This document shows positions 48,669-58,970 of a DNA stretch of 64,000 bases, piece after piece. Positions within the stretch are counted from its first letter, which is position 1. Each line of letters opens with the position of its first letter. The notes under the pieces were generated by a model. That model saw only the letters and a program-made list of their open reading frames with translations, was not told the DNA's origin and did not search any database. Made by a program: the position numbers and the translations under genes. This stretch comes from a virus. Taxonomy: Duplodnaviria > Caudoviricetes. The stretch lies in the IMG/VR virus record IMGVR_UViG_3300014204_000189, positions 409 to 64,408 of that record; one strand, 5' to 3'.

Positions 48669-49008
48669 AGAGCCGCTCGCGTCGGTGCCCTTTTTGCACA
48701 AGTCGCTGAAGACGAAGGGCATCAAGGTCTCGGACTCCACTGTCGCACGGCTCAAGAAGACCATCGTGGAGGAGCTGTCCCGGCCCAGCAAGAAGGATCC
48801 TAACCCGCCGAAGCCTGGCAAGCAGACGCTGCAACCGAAGTACGGCAAGAAGGCCGTTGCGGGGAAGCGGAAGCATCGCAAGAACGGCGGGACGGGCAGC
48901 AAGGCTCCGCAGGTGTGGTCGCTCGCCATCGGCGACGTGAACGCCGAGATCGACATGCTGCGGAAGGAGAACGACAAGCTGCGGGCGGTGATCGCTGTTC
49001 TCCTCTAA
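48613..49008 (+). CDS. Basic DNA-binding-like protein with C-terminal coiled coil
   Basis: HTH-like LHKSLKTKGIKVSDSTVARLK; true start probably near 48612-48625. Confidence 0.55.
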   Translation: MARQLDPRVRPALATLLAEEPLASVPFLHKSLKTKGIKVSDSTVARLKKTIVEELSRPSKKDPNPPKPGKQTLQPKYGKKAVAGKRKHRKNGGTGSKAPQVWSLAIGDVNAEIDMLRKENDKLRAVIAVLL

Positions 49009-49057
49009 TCCGCCCAGGACCACGTATCCGTAACCCTGTTTCGTGTGAGCAAGACCA

Positions 49058-49399
49058 ATGGCAAAGAAGAAACCCGTTCTGGACACCCTCAACACGTGGA
49101 AGGTGTGTGCTCTGGGTCAGCGCGGCGGGTTCGCCCACCGCTACATCGCCAGCCGCATCTTCGAGCTGGTCCCCGAGAAGCTGGAGAAGTGGCAGATCGC
49201 GGCGATCAGCAATGCGCTGCACCGCAACGAGATTCGTGTCACCGACTGGCGGATGGGCCGCACCAGCCTGGCCACGACCTACGCCGAGAAAGTCTCGACG
49301 CCGGTCAAGGGCGTGAAGGCGGAGAAAGCCATGGAGGGACTCCGGCTCTACGTCCCGGCCAAGCCCAAAAAGGCCAAGCTGCGTCGCAAGACGGGCTAG
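49058..49399 (+). CDS. Basic hypothetical protein
   Basis: 113-aa ORF convergent with the next gene. Confidence 0.7.
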   Translation: MAKKKPVLDTLNTWKVCALGQRGGFAHRYIASRIFELVPEKLEKWQIAAISNALHRNEIRVTDWRMGRTSLATTYAEKVSTPVKGVKAEKAMEGLRLYVPAKPKKAKLRRKTG

Positions 49400-50589
49400 G
49401 CCACCGCGGGCTCGGGAAGCTTCTGGATGAATCGGTTGAGCATGGCCAGGTCGGTCAGCTCCTTGGTGGTGAACTGCTCGTGACTCGCGCGCTTCACGAC
49501 CGGGTGCTGACCGGCCTCGGCCATCAACTGCTCAAAGGAGCGGGCCGCACCGCGGTCCAACGTCCCGGCCACTTCGGCCATCTTGTCGCCATCGACACCG
49601 ATGCCGTTGCTGACCTCGTCCGCGATGGCATCACCCAGCAGCGCCCGCACCTCTTCCAGTGCCAGCTTGGTGAGCTGATCCTTGGAGAAGACGGCGCCCG
49701 TGATCAGCTCACAAGCGTCCTTCACGAACTCGCCCGCCAGGTAGTACGGGGCGGCGAACACGATGTCCTCCGGCCGGGCCAGTCCCTCGGCGTATTTCGT
49801 GGTCAGCCCGGCCATGTGATCGAACAAGTCGATCGTCTTGCACAGGTTGGCCGTGGCCGCCGGGTCCATGGCCAGTGACGGCTGGCTGGCAACGGTGGCG
49901 GCCAGCTTGCGCATCCCGTCGGCCGTCTCCTGGCGAATCTCCGCCCGCACCATGTTCACCCGGTCGTACATCGCCTGGGCACACTCGCGGGGGTCGTACA
50001 CGCCGTGACCCGCTTGCTTCTCCAGCAGCTCCCGGTGCTCCTCGACGTTCGCCCCGAACTCGGCAGCCTTCTCCAGGATCTTGCTGGCGATGGTCTGGCG
50101 GTCGTCGAAGTCGTACGTGTCGCGGTTGGCGTCGAACCACTCCGCGGCGACTTTCACCTCGCCGGGGTTGGTCAGCTGGTAGTGCCGCTCTTTACGGCCG
50201 TCCGTGGTCGCCCATACAATGGCGAACGAATCGTCCGGAAGCTGACTCTCCAGGTTTGCGTGCAGGGAGGCATGCTTTGCTTTCAGTGCTTCCATGTCGC
50301 CCTCCGCGCCCCAGTAGGTGGCAGCTTTGGCGAATCGCCGCTCGATCGGATGACGGAACTTGGCTGCGAGCTGGGACTGCTTGTTGAGGTAGTACACCCA
50401 GGAGAGCACCGTGGCGGCCTTCGTGTGCACGGGAAAGCTTCGCGTGCGGACGTCGGCATACGCTGTGACGGGAAGCCCCTCCGGGTTGCACGTCTCGGGC
50501 ATCGAAGCTTGCTTGACGTACTCCGGGAGCGGATAGAGCCGCGAGTAACGATGAAGCTCACGATAGTTTCTATCCTTGGTCTGATCCAT
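49396..50589 (-). CDS. K-x-A-motif-rich protein, candidate head/scaffold-type substrate
   Basis: GGAGG RBS 7 nt before ATG at 50589; 13 of 23 Lys are in K-x-A. Confidence 0.8.
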   Translation of the reverse strand: MDQTKDRNYRELHRYSRLYPLPEYVKQASMPETCNPEGLPVTAYADVRTRSFPVHTKAATVLSWVYYLNKQSQLAAKFRHPIERRFAKAATYWGAEGDMEALKAKHASLHANLESQLPDDSFAIVWATTDGRKERHYQLTNPGEVKVAAEWFDANRDTYDFDDRQTIASKILEKAAEFGANVEEHRELLEKQAGHGVYDPRECAQAMYDRVNMVRAEIRQETADGMRKLAATVASQPSLAMDPAATANLCKTIDLFDHMAGLTTKYAEGLARPEDIVFAAPYYLAGEFVKDACELITGAVFSKDQLTKLALEEVRALLGDAIADEVSNGIGVDGDKMAEVAGTLDRGAARSFEQLMAEAGQHPVVKRASHEQFTTKELTDLAMLNRFIQKLPEPAVA

Positions 50590-50593
50590 CACC

Positions 50594-53380
50594 ATGCCTC
50601 CTTGCTTGGTCTCGTTGAATAGCCACGTAAAGTGGATCACGTTGCTGAAGTTGCTGGGCTCCGAAGTGCGGACGCCTGCGATCCCCGCCGTTGTCCGCTG
50701 TCCGATCTGTTCCCACCTTCAGCTGGAAATCCTGCAGGATTACATTTCCCACGGCGCATGGGGTGCCTGTCGTCACTGTCATTTCGCGGGGGACATGATC
50801 GAGCTGGCCGCAGCCACCTGGAAATTGAGCATCCCCGCGACGATCCACAAGCTACAACAGAACGGCGTCGACATCCCCCCGGAAGCCTCACCAGCCGAGA
50901 CCTACCGGCAGCAATACGTGGAGTACCGTCACCGTTTCCGTGAATTGTGGACGGAGGCCCAGGCTGGACTTCTCCATAATACCACACACCTCAAAGGCCT
51001 AGTATACGAGCTTGGGTGGCGGTGCGAGGTGCCTGCGGACCGCTGGACGGAGGGGCCCGCCCGAATTCTGGGAGCTGCCAGCACGCGGGATGTCGAGCGC
51101 TGTTTCATGCCCGGCACGTTTCGCACCACCGGCCGCAACACCAGCAACTCGCGGTTGTTCAAGGGGGGTAAGTGGGACGGGGTCCTGATGATCCCCTTCT
51201 ACGACCTGCCCGACCGCATGTGCGCCGCGATGTTCATCGGCCGCCGCGGCGACCCCGAACGCGACCAGGTCTTCCGCAGACTGCGACTGCGACAGACAGG
51301 GATCACACTGGCAGAGGGCCGACAGACTGCCGAACCCGCACAAGAGGCTGGGCTGGCGTTCCACCCTGACACGTGGGTGGCAGCTGCCGACTGGGACCAG
51401 ACGCTGTTCGCTTCCGACGATTTGTCGCTGGCGTGGCGGCTGCAGATGCGGCAGTTCGAGCATTCCGTCCTCCCCTTGCCGCTGGTCGTGTGGCGAGACG
51501 GACCCGACACCAAAGGAATCGCAACCCTCTCCCGCTTCGCCTGGCAAATGTTTGCCAACCAGTCCATCGTCTTCTGGGCACCCCGTCTGCAACCGGCCGC
51601 TGTGCGACAGGCCGTGGCCACGGACGGCCGGATCTCTACGGCAGGCTCCAAGTGCGAAGACGCGCGGCATCTGATCGAGTACACCGCCAAGTTCACGCCC
51701 GAAGGGCTCTTGCAGCACGTGCGCAAGACGGCACGGCCGTGGCCGGAGGTTATCGCCAAGCACCTCGCCGGGATGCCTGCCGAAGCCGCCGAGGACTTCA
51801 TGCTGCAGCTGCAGCTGGAGACCATCCAGGTCAACCGGGTGGTGCGTTGCCTGGACGAGAAGATGCGGGAGCGTTGCCGCGACTGGCTCCGGCCGAAGTC
51901 ACGACCACGCACTGTCATCGTGCGGCAAAAGCGGGTTCTCGAACAGGAGGACGGCTGGATCCTCCAGCACCAGGTTCGCCGGGCTGAGTTTGTTGCTGAG
52001 CTGCTGTGCGACGCTAAGCTGCGAATCGAAGAGGTGATCCACTACAAGAAGCTCGATCAGACCTACTACCGCGGACACCTGGAGTACCGTGGCGAGCTGA
52101 TCCCCTTCTGCGATCTGCGAAGCGAGGTGGAGGCTTCCCCGTTGTCCTGGATGCGTGGCCTGTTGCTGGCGAAGGGCAAGGGCCTGGTTCGTGGCCTGAC
52201 GCTGTGGGACAAGTATCTGGTCAACATCGCGTTGCAGTTTCATGAGCCGAAGATCCTCTACGGCACGGACACCGTGGGCTGGGACAAGCAGAAGCTGCAG
52301 TTCGTGCTGCCGCGATACATTGTGGGGCTCAAGAGCACGCGGCGCAACGAGGCCGCCGTGATGTCCGACGCGTTGCCTGCCGTCAACCTGATCCCGTTGC
52401 GCAATGACGAAACACTGGCCTGGGCTGGTCTCCCTCGCGAAGCTGAAGCCAGCGACGTCTACTGGGGTGCTACGGTCAACCTGCTGGCAAACGTGCTGGC
52501 CCCTGTGTTCAATCAGCCTACGGTGGCGTTGGGCCTTGTGGGAGACGGTGCGTACGCTGGGCTCGATGTGGCGGCTTGGCTGGGCTGTCTGAACTTGCCG
52601 TTGGAGACGGTCGCAGACTCACGCAAGCTGGCCGGGGAAGAGTTCAAGCACGACTGGCCCGTGGCCGTCGTACCGTCTCGCAGCGTGACGCCAGCGATCT
52701 GGCACAACTGGCTCAACCGCCGGGATCGTCCGCACAACTGCATCACTCCGCTCGATCCACTGACGGCGGCCGTGCACCATCTGGACGGTGGCTGGCGACT
52801 GCTGTCCTGCAAGACGATCCCTGCGTTCGCTCCTCGCTTGAAGGAGTTCACTCGGCACTTCGTGGTGGTGTACCTGCAGGACCTGTGCAAGCGCAAGCTG
52901 CGGCTCAGCAACGATGACGGCGATTGGTTCTTGCGCGTGTGGGCCGATTGCGCAGACTTCGTGACCCGATCCCACGGCAAGCCTCTGCTGCCCGCCAAGA
53001 TCCCCGAGAACATCCGCCCGGAGAACGTCGACGCCGAGTTGTCCTTCGTGGAAATGCTGGCTGAGCTGGTTGCCAAGGGTCAGCTGCGCCTGAGCCTGGG
53101 CGGCTACCAGGGGCCGCGAGACGCCAGCGCCCTGCTTCGCGTAGAGAAAGGCTTCCAGGACAACGAGGGGCTGTACGTGCCCCAGGAGGCCCTCTCCCGC
53201 GTGCTGACACGCAAGCGACTGCCAGTGCCCGAGACGGACCGGATCACCGCCGCGCTGGCGGAGGCGAACGTGCTGGGCGAATGCCGGGACGAAGGCTGGG
53301 TCCTCGACAGCCAGTGGTGGTCTCGCCACTTCCGTCGGCTGGCCACCGTGCAGCAGCGAGCGTTCAAGGTGGTGGGCTAG
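50594..53380 (+). CDS. Primase/helicase-like protein with CHC2-like Zn finger (start uncertain)
   Basis: RCPIC...WGACRHCHFAGDMIEL resembles the primase zinc-binding domain; later TDTVGW segment like DUF927-type helicase N-regions; no intact Walker A seen. Confidence 0.55.
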   Translation: MPPCLVSLNSHVKWITLLKLLGSEVRTPAIPAVVRCPICSHLQLEILQDYISHGAWGACRHCHFAGDMIELAAATWKLSIPATIHKLQQNGVDIPPEASPAETYRQQYVEYRHRFRELWTEAQAGLLHNTTHLKGLVYELGWRCEVPADRWTEGPARILGAASTRDVERCFMPGTFRTTGRNTSNSRLFKGGKWDGVLMIPFYDLPDRMCAAMFIGRRGDPERDQVFRRLRLRQTGITLAEGRQTAEPAQEAGLAFHPDTWVAAADWDQTLFASDDLSLAWRLQMRQFEHSVLPLPLVVWRDGPDTKGIATLSRFAWQMFANQSIVFWAPRLQPAAVRQAVATDGRISTAGSKCEDARHLIEYTAKFTPEGLLQHVRKTARPWPEVIAKHLAGMPAEAAEDFMLQLQLETIQVNRVVRCLDEKMRERCRDWLRPKSRPRTVIVRQKRVLEQEDGWILQHQVRRAEFVAELLCDAKLRIEEVIHYKKLDQTYYRGHLEYRGELIPFCDLRSEVEASPLSWMRGLLLAKGKGLVRGLTLWDKYLVNIALQFHEPKILYGTDTVGWDKQKLQFVLPRYIVGLKSTRRNEAAVMSDALPAVNLIPLRNDETLAWAGLPREAEASDVYWGATVNLLANVLAPVFNQPTVALGLVGDGAYAGLDVAAWLGCLNLPLETVADSRKLAGEEFKHDWPVAVVPSRSVTPAIWHNWLNRRDRPHNCITPLDPLTAAVHHLDGGWRLLSCKTIPAFAPRLKEFTRHFVVVYLQDLCKRKLRLSNDDGDWFLRVWADCADFVTRSHGKPLLPAKIPENIRPENVDAELSFVEMLAELVAKGQLRLSLGGYQGPRDASALLRVEKGFQDNEGLYVPQEALSRVLTRKRLPVPETDRITAALAEANVLGECRDEGWVLDSQWWSRHFRRLATVQQRAFKVVG

Positions 53381-55240
53381 GCCCGGTCCGACCAGTCCAC
53401 GCCTCGCAGCGGGTGTACGGCCTTCAAAGCCTCCGGGTCCGCCGCCAGCCGAGACACCTCGGCCAGGTTGGGCCAGCGGCGCGCACGATAGAACAACGCG
53501 CAGGTGCCGATGTTCACGGCCTGGGCAAAGTCGTCCGGGCCGACCTGTTCGCTCTGAATCACCGTGTGGATCGGCGTGCCGGTGGCACTCTGGACCTCGT
53601 CTTCCATCAGCGACAGGAAGTCGTGCAGCAGTCCTCGCTGCTCCACGCCCTTGTAGTCGTACTGGAAGAACTTCAACCGGCCGAACTTGATCAGGAAGCA
53701 CGTCTGCAGTAGCGAACGGGACTTGTCCAAGCGGTAGTGCTCCCGCTGCAACGTGCGGCGGTTCTGTGGAATGCGTCGCATGATCGGACCGGCGGCCGCA
53801 CGGAACAGGGCCACGGGGATGATCCGCTTGATCGGGTAGCCCGAGTTGACGAACAGCGTTTCGCGGATCGCACCGGCACCCGTGTAGTCGTGGGCGATGT
53901 GGGAGCAGTGGAACTCGGCACACAGCTTGAGGATCACGCTCGCTTCCAGGTTGTGATCGTGCGGCGTGAGGGATCGCCAGCCAAACGGAACATGGATCGT
54001 GCCGTCCGGGAGCATGCAACACAGAGCGGCCACGGTGAAGCTGATCTCTTTCTCGCCGCCTCCGCCCCAGTCCACCGCCAGGATCCGGTGGATGTAGTCG
54101 TTGCGGTTCTTGCGAATCCGCTCAACCTCGCCGTTGGGTCCCAGGATGGCAGCTCGTTTGAGATCCGTGATCGTGACCAGCTTGGCCCCGATGTCGTACG
54201 ACTCGCCACACACCTCGTTGTAGAAGACGTTGGTGGGTGTGTTGCCGAAGCCTTGCCGCTTGCCTTGCAGAATGGCCCACTTGTCGTGGCTCGCATAGTG
54301 CATCGGCAGCAGCAACTGGGGCACGTGGTAGCCCGAGTACTCGAACCGCAGCTCGGGGTGCGCGTGAACCCAGCGGCCGCGACGGGGGAAGATGACGCGT
54401 TCGCACTTGGCACAGCACGTGCCCGGCCGCTCCTCGCTGATGTCGTCGGGAACCGTGATCGGCCCCATCATCTTGTCCAGGTCGTGCGACATGCACGGGA
54501 TGTTCCAGTAGCCGCACGCTTCGCAGCGGATGCACCACTCGGCCTGGCTCGACATCTGCCACTGTGTTTCGAGCGTGTTGTCCAGCGTCTTCGGAGTTCC
54601 ACTGAACTCTTGAATGCCCCAGTTCTTCGATCCCGACATCGTCTCGCGGATGATGGGGATGAACGCCGGGTCGAGATCCTGGACCTCATCGTAGTGAATG
54701 CAGTCGCAGTTCAACCCACGCGTCCGGTCCGCATCGAGAAAAGCAAAGCTGAAATGGATCGTGGAGTGGGTCTTGAACGACCGCTGCAGCACGTTGTTGT
54801 AGCAGGCCTGATCCACAAACAGACTTCGCACAGGAGATTCTTCAATGAAGCCGCGCACGTAGTTCGATGAGAACCGTCGCGTCATTTCGTACAGCGGCGT
54901 CACGTACAGCGTGTTGAAGTACGCGATACTGCTCGACCGCAGCACGTGCTTGGCTGCACCACTGGTGGACTTGCTGGTCTGCCGCCCACACTTCAAGCAC
55001 AAGTTTCGGGGAGTGTGGGTCGAGAAGAAGGGCTCGAAGGGGAAATGATCGAGGAGCTTGTAGGGCTCCCCTTTGAGGTTCAGCATGATCGGTAGGACCG
55101 GCTTCAAATTGGCGAGCCGCCCTTCCAACAGTACCCGGCGAGCCGCCTGGAGTTCTTCAGACAGTTCGCTAGCGGAGAGGCCCGCCAAGCCGCTACCGAA
55201 GCCCAGGTCGACGAGGCCACTCTTGTTGCACTGGCACATG
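53377..55240 (-). CDS. terL: Terminase large subunit (GpA-like; start uncertain)
   Basis: LKCGRQTSKST (Walker A-like), CIHYDEVQD (Walker B), FSGTPKT, CEAC/CAKC Zn site, ILAVDWGG and DDFAQA nuclease motifs. Confidence 0.88.
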
Positions 55241-55360
55241 GGTACTGCATCCTTGCAGGCGACGTAGTGGGTCGCCGAAAACTCTGCTATGCTGAGGTCA
55301 GGAGGACCTAGCATTCTCCGCGGACATGATGTCCACACCGCAATATAGGAGGAGACTGAA

Positions 55361-55642
55361 GTGGGCCACAATAGCGCTTGCTGTCCTGCCGTTGGTGTTC
55401 CCGTGCCCTTGGGAATGACCCTCAACAGCGCCAAGAACTTCTTGGAACGCCAGGGCATCCTCCGCGCGGATCGCTGTCCGATGCCGCGCACTTCACCGGG
55501 ATGGTGGAAGGTCCACACGATCCCTTTGGCGCCCCCGCTTCCGCTACCTCCTCTGCAGTTCTACCTCCTGGGCGACCCGCCGCCAGACCGCGGGGTGACC
55601 CGCGACTGGCCGCATCCGAAGTCCGTGGAGGACGAGACCTGA
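55361..55642 (+). CDS. Hypothetical protein
   Basis: AGGAGGAG RBS, GTG start. Confidence 0.55.
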   Translation: MGHNSACCPAVGVPVPLGMTLNSAKNFLERQGILRADRCPMPRTSPGWWKVHTIPLAPPLPLPPLQFYLLGDPPPDRGVTRDWPHPKSVEDET

Positions 55643-55805
55643 AGGAGCGCATCTTGGACAAAGTCCCGATGCCGGTGGCGGCTACCATGCTCGGTAGCGC
55701 CATCTTGGCCATTCCCGTCCTGGGATGGTGGCCACTTGTGGGAATCGTGGCGGCCGTAGGTGCGGCCGCTGTGGTTGTTCGCAAGTTCTAGCACGGAGGC
55801 AACTC

Positions 55806-56198
55806 ATGCAAACGGTTGTTGAATTGGTGCTGTGTGTTTTCGCTTCGGCTGGGCTGGTGGAGGTTTTCCACCACGGCAGCATATTCCTTCGATTCCGGCG
55901 ATGGGGGTACGACCACATCAAGCACGACAAATGGGCGGTCGCTGTGGCTGCCAAGTTCGTGACCTGTGCTTTTTGTGAGTCGCATTGGACCTCCGCCCTT
56001 GCCGTGTTCGGGGTGTTTTACACCTCCAAGCTGCTGCCCTGCATTGGACCGTGGGCGTGGTTCTTCGTTGCCGCGTTCGCGGTCACCCGAGGCGCCAACC
56101 TGCTCAATGACTTGACGCATGCCCACTGTCGGTCCCCTCGGGATGAAGACGAAGACGAGGAAGACCAAACAGCGGAGGTCGACAAGTTCGTCGACTAG
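55806..56198 (+). CDS. DUF1360-like membrane protein
   Basis: GGAGG RBS; FVTCAFCESHWTS motif with hydrophobic helices. Confidence 0.65.
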   Translation: MQTVVELVLCVFASAGLVEVFHHGSIFLRFRRWGYDHIKHDKWAVAVAAKFVTCAFCESHWTSALAVFGVFYTSKLLPCIGPWAWFFVAAFAVTRGANLLNDLTHAHCRSPRDEDEDEEDQTAEVDKFVD

Positions 56199-56213
56199 CC
56201 GACTGATCTCACC

Positions 56214-56260
56214 TACCCCGGCGCCTCTTGTGGTTTGAGGGGCGCCGGGGTATCTTTTCT
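56214..56260 (+). terminator. Intrinsic terminator
   Basis: TACCCCGGCGCC/GGCGCCGGGGTA 12-bp stem followed by TCTTTTCT. Confidence 0.7.
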
Positions 56261-56277
56261 GCACTAGGAGACTCTCT

Positions 56278-56769
56278 ATGGCCGACGAATCTGCTCCGCT
56301 CACGTTCCAGGACAAAGTCGCCCTCTTCTTTCGCGACGGGATCGTCAAAGCCTGTAAGGAGATCCCCGAGCTGCGATCGGTCGCCGTTATCTTCGACTGG
56401 AAGAACGAGCTGAACGAGGGTGCCCTGCCGTTCTTGTGGGGCAACGAACGAGAATCGATCACCGCCGACCAAGTGCAGGCAATTGTCGGGATGATGGAGC
56501 AAACCCAGAAGTTCGTTCAAGCCCAGGCGAAGGTCATGCTCCAGACCATCGCCCTGTGCCAGCACACAGTGGAACAGTTACATGAAAAAGCGGAAGCTGC
56601 CCAGCCGCGAGGGCCCTCGGCCCCGTTGTCCGTTCCCGGCATCCCGGAGCCTCCCCCTGGACCTTTCCGACAGCTCCGACATCCCCTTGAAGCGTACTCC
56701 TCGCCCGCTGCGGCAAAAGCTTTTGAAGGCCCGGACGCTGGAGGACATTCTGCGGGCCCTTCACATTAA
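56278..56769 (+). CDS. Hypothetical protein
   Basis: AGGAG RBS; Pro-rich tail overlaps next ORF. Confidence 0.7.
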   Translation: MADESAPLTFQDKVALFFRDGIVKACKEIPELRSVAVIFDWKNELNEGALPFLWGNERESITADQVQAIVGMMEQTQKFVQAQAKVMLQTIALCQHTVEQLHEKAEAAQPRGPSAPLSVPGIPEPPPGPFRQLRHPLEAYSSPAAAKAFEGPDAGGHSAGPSH

Positions 56770-57259
56770 GGAGTGGGACTACTTGATCGTAGGCGATGGT
56801 TCGGCCACCACCTGGGATCACGAGATGGGCTGGGGCTCGACCGTCATCGCTCGTGCAGGTTTCCTGCGCCCGCCGCCGTTCCACGGCTCGTTCTCCCGTG
56901 GCACGAACATCATGGCGGAGATGATGGCCTTTGTGCATCCACTGCTCTGGCTGGCCTCACAGAAACTGGGCCGGGCTGTGGTGCATGTGCTCACCGATTG
57001 CGAGATCGTCCGCAACTGCGGCAAGGGCGTGGCCACGCGAAAGGCCAACTCCGAGCTGTGGTTCATGGTCTCTGCCTTCTCGCGCAAAGGCATCCATGTG
57101 CACTACCACTGGATCCCGCGCGACACGATTGCCCTGAACAAGCTCGCCCACGACCTGGCCAACAAGGCTCGACTCGATGCCAAGGCACTCGCCACCAATC
57201 TGGGGGCCGTGATGGGGAAGCACGGGGCCACGATCTACGACGTCAATCCAAGCGTCTAG
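56582..57259 (+). CDS. rnhA: Ribonuclease H (type I-like)
   Basis: YLIVGDGS (D), TNIMAEMMA (E), VLTDCE (D), HWIPR, NKLAHDLA. Confidence 0.8.
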   Translation: MKKRKLPSREGPRPRCPFPASRSLPLDLSDSSDIPLKRTPRPLRQKLLKARTLEDILRALHIKEWDYLIVGDGSATTWDHEMGWGSTVIARAGFLRPPPFHGSFSRGTNIMAEMMAFVHPLLWLASQKLGRAVVHVLTDCEIVRNCGKGVATRKANSELWFMVSAFSRKGIHVHYHWIPRDTIALNKLAHDLANKARLDAKALATNLGAVMGKHGATIYDVNPSV

Positions 57260-57396
57260 GCAGGCAGGCTCCAACCACCCACCCTTGACCGACCAGGCCC
57301 GCCACGGGCCTGTGGTGAGTTCCTGGGGCCTATTCCGGCCACGTTCTCGGGCTTCGGTTCCTTCCCTGTCCTGTTTACCCCCCACAAAGGACCAAT

Positions 57397-58359
57397 ATGC
57401 CATTCTCAATCCCCACCATAGAGGACCAACACAAACTGGCCGCTGGTGCTACCGTCCGGGGTCTGCGGTTGAAGGTTTTCAACGACCGGCTCCACTGGCA
57501 GCTTCGCGACGAGAAGAACGACGTGATCGTCAACTGGTGGCCCACGACAGGTCGGACGGAGTTTTGTGCTCCGCACGCGGCCAAGGGGCCCTACCCGACG
57601 ATCAACAGCGCGGACGACATGCTTGCATTCCTGGACGCCTACCGTGTGCGAGGCAACAAAGAGGAACAAGCCAGGGTCATCGTCAGCCCCTACGACATGC
57701 AGTCGCTGGGCGAGGTACATCCGAAAGGCAACCCTCACTGCCTTACTTGTTGCGGCCGCGGCTGGTACGTGGGCGTGATGAACGACGACGCCATGGCACC
57801 GGACGGGACGCGGGCCGTGTTTGCTTGCGAAGACTGCAACGTGTACTCCACGAACATGGACGCAGCGAGGGCTGCTTGCGAGGCGGGCCTGCTCGTCAAC
57901 AATGCCTACCATCCCTGCTTCATCGCGGACGACCCCACCAACAAAATACTGTTCAGCCGCTATGGGTGCCCCAACGGCACAACGACCGGCTGGCAGTTTC
58001 AGTTCCAGGCCAAGCTGCGTGTCGAGCTGATTCGGTACGGCATCCTGGTGATCGGCCGAGTGTTGTACATGGACGATTCACTGCGACGCGACGAGGACAC
58101 TACGGAGCCCAAGATCTTGCTCACCGTGCTCGACGACAACTTCTCGCTATGCTCGGACGCCCATCCGCAGCTGACAGCAAGCAAGCTGTTCGTGCGGGGC
58201 GCCAATCGCAAGAAGGACAATCAGCCGTTCGTCGCACGATGCGAAAGCGAAGTAGAGGCAACGAAGCTCTGTGAACGGATTGCCCGGGCTGTGCGACTGC
58301 TCAACCGGCCACAGCCAGTACGAGTCACAAGGTCACTAGACGTTCAAGTTCTGGAGTAA
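57397..58359 (+). CDS. Hypothetical multi-domain protein with Zn-ribbon
   Basis: AAAGGA RBS; CLTCCG...CEDC. Confidence 0.7.
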   Translation: MPFSIPTIEDQHKLAAGATVRGLRLKVFNDRLHWQLRDEKNDVIVNWWPTTGRTEFCAPHAAKGPYPTINSADDMLAFLDAYRVRGNKEEQARVIVSPYDMQSLGEVHPKGNPHCLTCCGRGWYVGVMNDDAMAPDGTRAVFACEDCNVYSTNMDAARAACEAGLLVNNAYHPCFIADDPTNKILFSRYGCPNGTTTGWQFQFQAKLRVELIRYGILVIGRVLYMDDSLRRDEDTTEPKILLTVLDDNFSLCSDAHPQLTASKLFVRGANRKKDNQPFVARCESEVEATKLCERIARAVRLLNRPQPVRVTRSLDVQVLE

Positions 58360-58361
58360 CC

Positions 58362-58970
58362 ATGTCCGACGGATACCGACACCGGTACCCGACGAAGTGC
58401 CCGGGCTGTGGCACAGACCTGACCCGAGAAGAAATTATCTCGGTGGAGTTTACTGCGGCGGACCACGAGTTTGCGCGACGGTCTCGTGTGGACGAAGAGG
58501 GCTGGCTGATCGACGTGGACCGGCTAGTCGAGAACGGCTACCACTCCGGCAGCGAGTGCGTGCGATGCAACGAGGATCTGACTGAACACGAGATTCACGA
58601 GGGGCAGACGTTCTACAAGACCCAGGGCGAAGAAGACAACAGCGACATGGAGAACCCCTGGTACGTGCGACGGGTCAAGGGCGAATGTATCGCAGTCCTG
58701 GACTCGGAGCACCTGGCCGACATGTTGCTGGAGTCGTTGAACGGCGACCGGCCGTTGTTGACGCAGCAGGAGGTGTGCACCATCGCTGCCGCGTTGTCCC
58801 ACTTCGTGGCGTGCTTTCCGGACACAGCGACCGCCCGTGATGGTTTCGCGGCCTTCTCGCACGTCACGCCGTTGTTACAGGCGAGCGAGATCGACGCCCT
58901 GCGGTTGCGACTGACGGGCGACCCGGACGACGACGGTGTTGACGAACCCGAGGAAAAGGAGGACCCATGA
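58362..58970 (+). CDS. Zn-finger hypothetical protein
   Basis: CPGC...CVRC; C-terminal domain paralogous to 42791. Confidence 0.7.
   Translation: MSDGYRHRYPTKCPGCGTDLTREEIISVEFTAADHEFARRSRVDEEGWLIDVDRLVENGYHSGSECVRCNEDLTEHEIHEGQTFYKTQGEEDNSDMENPWYVRRVKGECIAVLDSEHLADMLLESLNGDRPLLTQQEVCTIAAALSHFVACFPDTATARDGFAAFSHVTPLLQASEIDALRLRLTGDPDDDGVDEPEEKEDP

Noticed and set aside
53377-55518. Intein or intron in terminase, or the full 713-aa N-terminus
   Set aside because: No intein/endonuclease motifs; the N-terminal ~90 codons overlap the divergent 55361 gene and look non-coding
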